NCBI GenBank assembly: GCA_976226885.1
Contig: OZ320316.1
Location: 89,032,001 to 89,096,000, forward strand
Origin: Iphione sp. A-MEVVRFRX5
Taxonomy: Eukaryota
Reading direction: 5' to 3'
DNA: 64,000 nt
Notes under the pieces: generated by a model
Seen by the model: the letters and a program-made list of their open reading frames with translations, nothing else
Told to the model about the DNA's origin: nothing
The model's database searches: none
Shown: positions 59,541 to 64,000 of the stretch, one piece after another
Position numbering within the stretch: the first letter of the stretch is position 1
How the letters are laid out: the number at the start of each line of letters is the position of its first letter
Made by a program: the position numbers and the translations under genes

Positions 59541-62500
59541 TTCAGGCAATTGAAGAATGATAGATAAAGTAGCAATATTAGGACCAAGAATTGAATAATG
59601 GACTCTGAGAATATGCCCACCCAGATTAGATATGATATGATATATGCCTATATTAACACTGTGTAGAATCGGACAAGAATGATATTATTCCTGTGATTAG
59701 TCTTAGCCACTGCCATGATATGCTGGTAGCATATACTTAATGTATGAACTTTACCAGTCGAAATAAAGTTTTATAATAAAAGTAGCAGTGCAATTTTTCT
59801 TTTGTTTGCTTTGGCTACTACTAGACAACAAAAGGAATAGAAGGAGACTGGTTAGTGGGGATGACCGATTCACCCTTATCCTTCTGTTCATTTCACTACA
59901 CTGCAGTAAACATTTGAAGCCTCCCCATAGAGCTTACAATCACATGTCCTCCCTCTCATTTGGAGCAAAAGTTAAGATGTTGGACATCAGCACGCGAAAT
60001 GTCTTATACTAATAAAGGTCAACCCATGGAAATTTTTTCTGTATCCTGTCCATAAGAAAGAGACGTCAGTACAAAGGTTGTAAAAATAGAATGACAACAA
60101 TGATCCACCCTTAAGGAATAAAACGAAGGTAAGCATGTAGCATTCAAGCGAAACTCCTTTTCTTGTCACTAATATCGTTCCTATCATATCAATCTATCAT
60201 GTCATCAAATCATATATATGTGGAGTATGTTAAAGTATGCATTTGGAAAATTTAAATACAGTGATACATAGACCTAAAACAACCTTGGTTGGTACTGTAG
60301 TCTATTCAACAAAATGATTAGTTTCATTAAGGTATAGACATATTCGGTGCCCTGTTTCCCTTCTCATAACCTGAAGCTACCCTGCAACATTTAAGTAAAA
60401 TCATACATACTGCAATGTTGACACTTCTGTGGTAATTTGTCTGGTATCTTCATATTCACAGTTTGTCAATGTTTTTACTGTGCGATATGCAGCCGAAGCT
60501 TTCTGATATGATCTTTTATTCTAGAGTATATGGATTTTTTATTGCCATTCTCTTCTTCAGGCTAGAGGAAGGATTTTTCAGCATAATGTGTTCATCTATA
60601 CCTTACTATAGAACAATTTATTACCCCTCAATAGCACCCAACGCCTGGTTACTCATATTAAGATCAAGTACTGTTAGGGATATAAAATCCACTGACTGAA
60701 TGTCTTGTAGGACACAATATTTACTTCAAAGCATACGACCTCCTGAGCTTAGTTTTGAAACCGCAAGGTGGCAATACCTCCTAGGCCGACTAGAAGCTTG
60801 CTTTAAATTGGCACACAGGATTCTAGCAACACGGGGTGCTAAGTACTGCCAGGGAAAGACCTAGCTGGCTAGGACTGTCACCATGGTTTTGGATGACATT
60901 GGTTGGAAGCAGTAGTTGGCAGCCAGAGTTGTTGGAAAGCATCATAAGTTTTGTTAAAATAAGCATACAAAGTAATAACAAAGAGGATGTTATAGTTCAT
61001 ACAGGAAACGAAACTACAATTATCAAATAGTTGTAGTAATGACGCGGATATCCGGCACAGCTAAAGTAGCCATTTAGTTGCTTTATATAGCACCAATTAA
61101 CAGAATAAACATTCGGTCCATAACCAAGCTAATAAAGGTATGATGAAATGTAAGTATCATATTTGTCTTATGTCATCTTATGGCCTTCAATTACTTCGAT
61201 AGTACAGTTTAAACAGGGAATGTTGATGCCTCTATGTTAAAACTGTCAATTAACAAGACAAAGATAACTGATGCTAACTGTATCAACCATGGACCTCATG
61301 CTGCCTCTACTGCTCCTTCAGACAGTGGAGGGTCACACGGGGAGGTCGGAAAGAAATCTGACATATCTGGTTGTCTCTTCCCAAAATACTCTATAGTATG
61401 TGAAATTGAGTCATTTTCCGTAATATTTCACTGATCATGAATGATATGCATCATGATTTCTATCGGTCCGAAAATATCGCCTGATCACCACAAATTATTA
61501 GCTTGTTGTGATGCAACAGATCAATCATTTCATAAAAATGTCATATACTTTTCCGAAGGGTAATCAATGACCTTTTCTTGATTATGCTTATAATCAGGAG
61601 TCTGAAGCTGGACTACCTTGAATTAAGAAAAAGAAAAGGATATTTGGTAGGCACTGTTTTATACAGTATAGATATTCAACTTCCAGGGTAAGGCAAGGAA
61701 CGAAAGATATCTTTTTTATAGGCAAGATAACCAAAGAAAATCAACGACTAAAGTAATGAACAGGTACACGTGGTTTTTTGTTGACCTCATTTTTGATTGT
61801 GTGCATTTCCCGTACTGACATTTTCTCGTGTGGATCTGTAATTTATAAAAACGATTCATCTCCGCCTCTTTCGGCCTTTAGAGCTCTCGCTGGGGCACAA
61901 TAGTTGCATAATAGCTATATAGGCCCTTTAGATTAGGTCACTAACACACTATATTCCCACAAAAAGGCAAAGACGGATTTAATCTGACCACATTAACCAA
62001 TCACACGTGATTCACTTTCTGAAATGAGTGATCCTCCACTTCATGACGTCCTTTTGCCTTCAGCGCTGAGTAGATCTCATATCATGATAGTTTATTTTAA
62101 AACCATCAGGCGGAATACAATGTGAAGAATATTGCATATCTATGCAATCCCCAATTCCTTTTGGGTGATGAGAGCCATAGTCCTTGCAAATTGTTCGAAT
62201 TTACCTGAATTGCAAATACATCTTCACTATCAATAAAAGGTGTGGTTCTTACCACATTGTCTGGATAAGGGGCTTGCGCATGCATGGCAATCATGTTACG
62301 AACGATTTTACAGCGCTAATATTCTTAGTTACATAAACAGCTGCTTTGAATGTTGTGTATTATAATAGCTTATTTTGTATGTTGTGCAGCTATAGAGAGG
62401 AACCATGACAGTAGCCAGGTAGTTAGGTCAAATTTTGATATTATACAGTGGTCTCACTGCATAACGGTAAGCGCCAGAAAAAGCAACGGGGAGAAAACGT

Positions 62501-63840
62501 CACTATCTGAAGATAAAGGAATGATTGATGGTAGTATTTAAGTTTTGGCTACGCTCTGTATTCACTAGAGACCCCTACCGTTTTGTATGAGAATCTAGCA
62601 GCATTTACAACACGGATATCCCCATAATGCACGCCTACATGTTGTCCCTCTGGACGTCTCTTGCATTTTGTTACACATTGCTTCCATACTATAACCATAT
62701 TAAACTAGATGTATCCAGCCCAGTTTAACCGGAGAGGGTATGTCTGTTGTAAAGTCGTATGCTCAAATGGGGAGTCCAGCTAAGTGGGCATAAAACACAG
62801 AGAAAGGACCATTTTTCTCTTAAAAATATGTGTATTAATATGGAGAATCAGGATAGAGTGAGGATATAGGGCTGACTGTAAACGAAATGCTGTAGATCTG
62901 CTCGTGCAAATATGAGTAGTGGACGGTTGAGAAAAGGAAATATCTTGTCAAGGTCTCTAACTTGCGAAAAGGGGTACCTGCAGATCTATTTTCATGGATC
63001 AATAATAGATTCTGAAATAAAAACTAAAGCTCCCGAAAATAAAGTAGTTATTTACAGGTATACTGTAGTAAACAATGGGACGAACTAGTGCATATCCTTT
63101 TCACTCCGCTTGATAAACTCCCAACGAACGTCTTATAGATGATTGAAGGAGTGCTAGATACCGTACCCACTGAACATACATTCGACTGGTTTTTTTGAGT
63201 AATGGATGGCTATGTATGACAAAATATGTGCATGCATTCTTCGAATATCAAAGAATGAGATGATAGCATTACAGGTTGATATAGGGAACTTCGAAGGAAG
63301 TCCATTTCGTGCGTGTAGGCTGCCAAAGTAAGTGAAGGACAATCAATTTGATTGCACCTACAAGTCGACGTAAAGATGCGATAAATCTCGTACAGATCTT
63401 AGCCCCTGGAGTGCGAATAATCAATAAAATCAATTTTCATACTGACACAGGGGGTTTCCTTTATATCTGCTCATATCCTCTATTCTGATATGGGGACTTC
63501 TACGTCGTTTTGACAATACGTAATAATAGCTGTCTTTCCGTATTTGATCAACACGTTTATCATTTACATTTATGCATGCACTTATTCATGTTTTCTTTAC
63601 GTTAATGGAGAGAATTGCATCCTGCCTCTATAAACATGTACTTGCTGACACTGCCGAGGAACGCTTTTATATTCCGACCCTCGTTTTCATCTGAAAGGAC
63701 GAATGGATATATGTCCTCAAACATTAATACCCCTTTCAATGAAAACGAGAACACTTGGTTATTCTGGGGGCAAACTACCGGCGTTTGAAGTACCAACGTA
63801 TTATTTTGCTTTCCAAATAACGGCTTTTCATTTTATGAAG

Positions 63841-64000
63841 GTAGACAGGCAGACAAACAGGCGGACAGACAGGTGGTAGAGAGAAACAACGAAGTGCCTA
63901 TATAAGAGAAACAGAGCAAGAGAACGGGAGAGAGGAGAAAGCAAAGACTGTAAGGAGACAGTGTAGGAGGAAAAGAAGTGTAAACAGAACGAGATAAGAG
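63841..64000. repeat. Purine-rich low-complexity tract, (GACA)/(GA)-like
   Basis: Almost no T over ~160 bp; degenerate GACAG/GAGA units. Confidence 0.75.

Larger units (their letters stand above)
53863..59782 (+). mobile_element. Non-LTR retrotransposon of the CR1/L2 group carrying NADAR and SGNH ORFs; 5' end probably truncated
   Basis: Collinear plus-strand ORF1 remnant, NADAR, SGNH esterase and intact APE-RT ORF. The 3' end near AATAAA signals (59762, 59776) is approximate. No TSD found. Confidence 0.85.

Overview
AT-rich animal genomic DNA, probably an invertebrate; the taxon cannot be assigned from sequence alone. It has spliceosomal introns and no prokaryotic operons, rRNA or CRISPR. 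(1) Two tandem minus-strand paralogous genes encode LAPTM/DUF4728-like four-transmembrane proteins with PY motifs. I rebuilt both exon by exon. Gene 1 has 7 coding exons (11963-19810) and 1012 aa, including an 849-aa disordered tail. Gene 2 has at least 6 coding exons (21172-23825); its first coding exon was not found. (2) A CpG-rich putative promoter/first exon lies at ~36866-37620. (3) A decayed but end-to-end Ngaro-type tyrosine-recombinase retrotransposon (45841-50697) keeps all four split direct repeats and has a CMC/EnSpm-like MITE inserted in its RNase H. (4) A CR1/L2-group LINE (~53863-59782) is the most unusual feature. It has an intact endonuclease-RT ORF, an ORF1 remnant fused to a NADAR domain and a separate SGNH-esterase ORF. 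It also has two arrays of a short hairpin, GGAT-GTT(T)-ATCC, one on each side of the RT gene. (5) The rest is MITEs, a tRNA-derived SINE, hairpins, tandem duplications and microsatellites. All coordinates were read by hand and no database searches were run.
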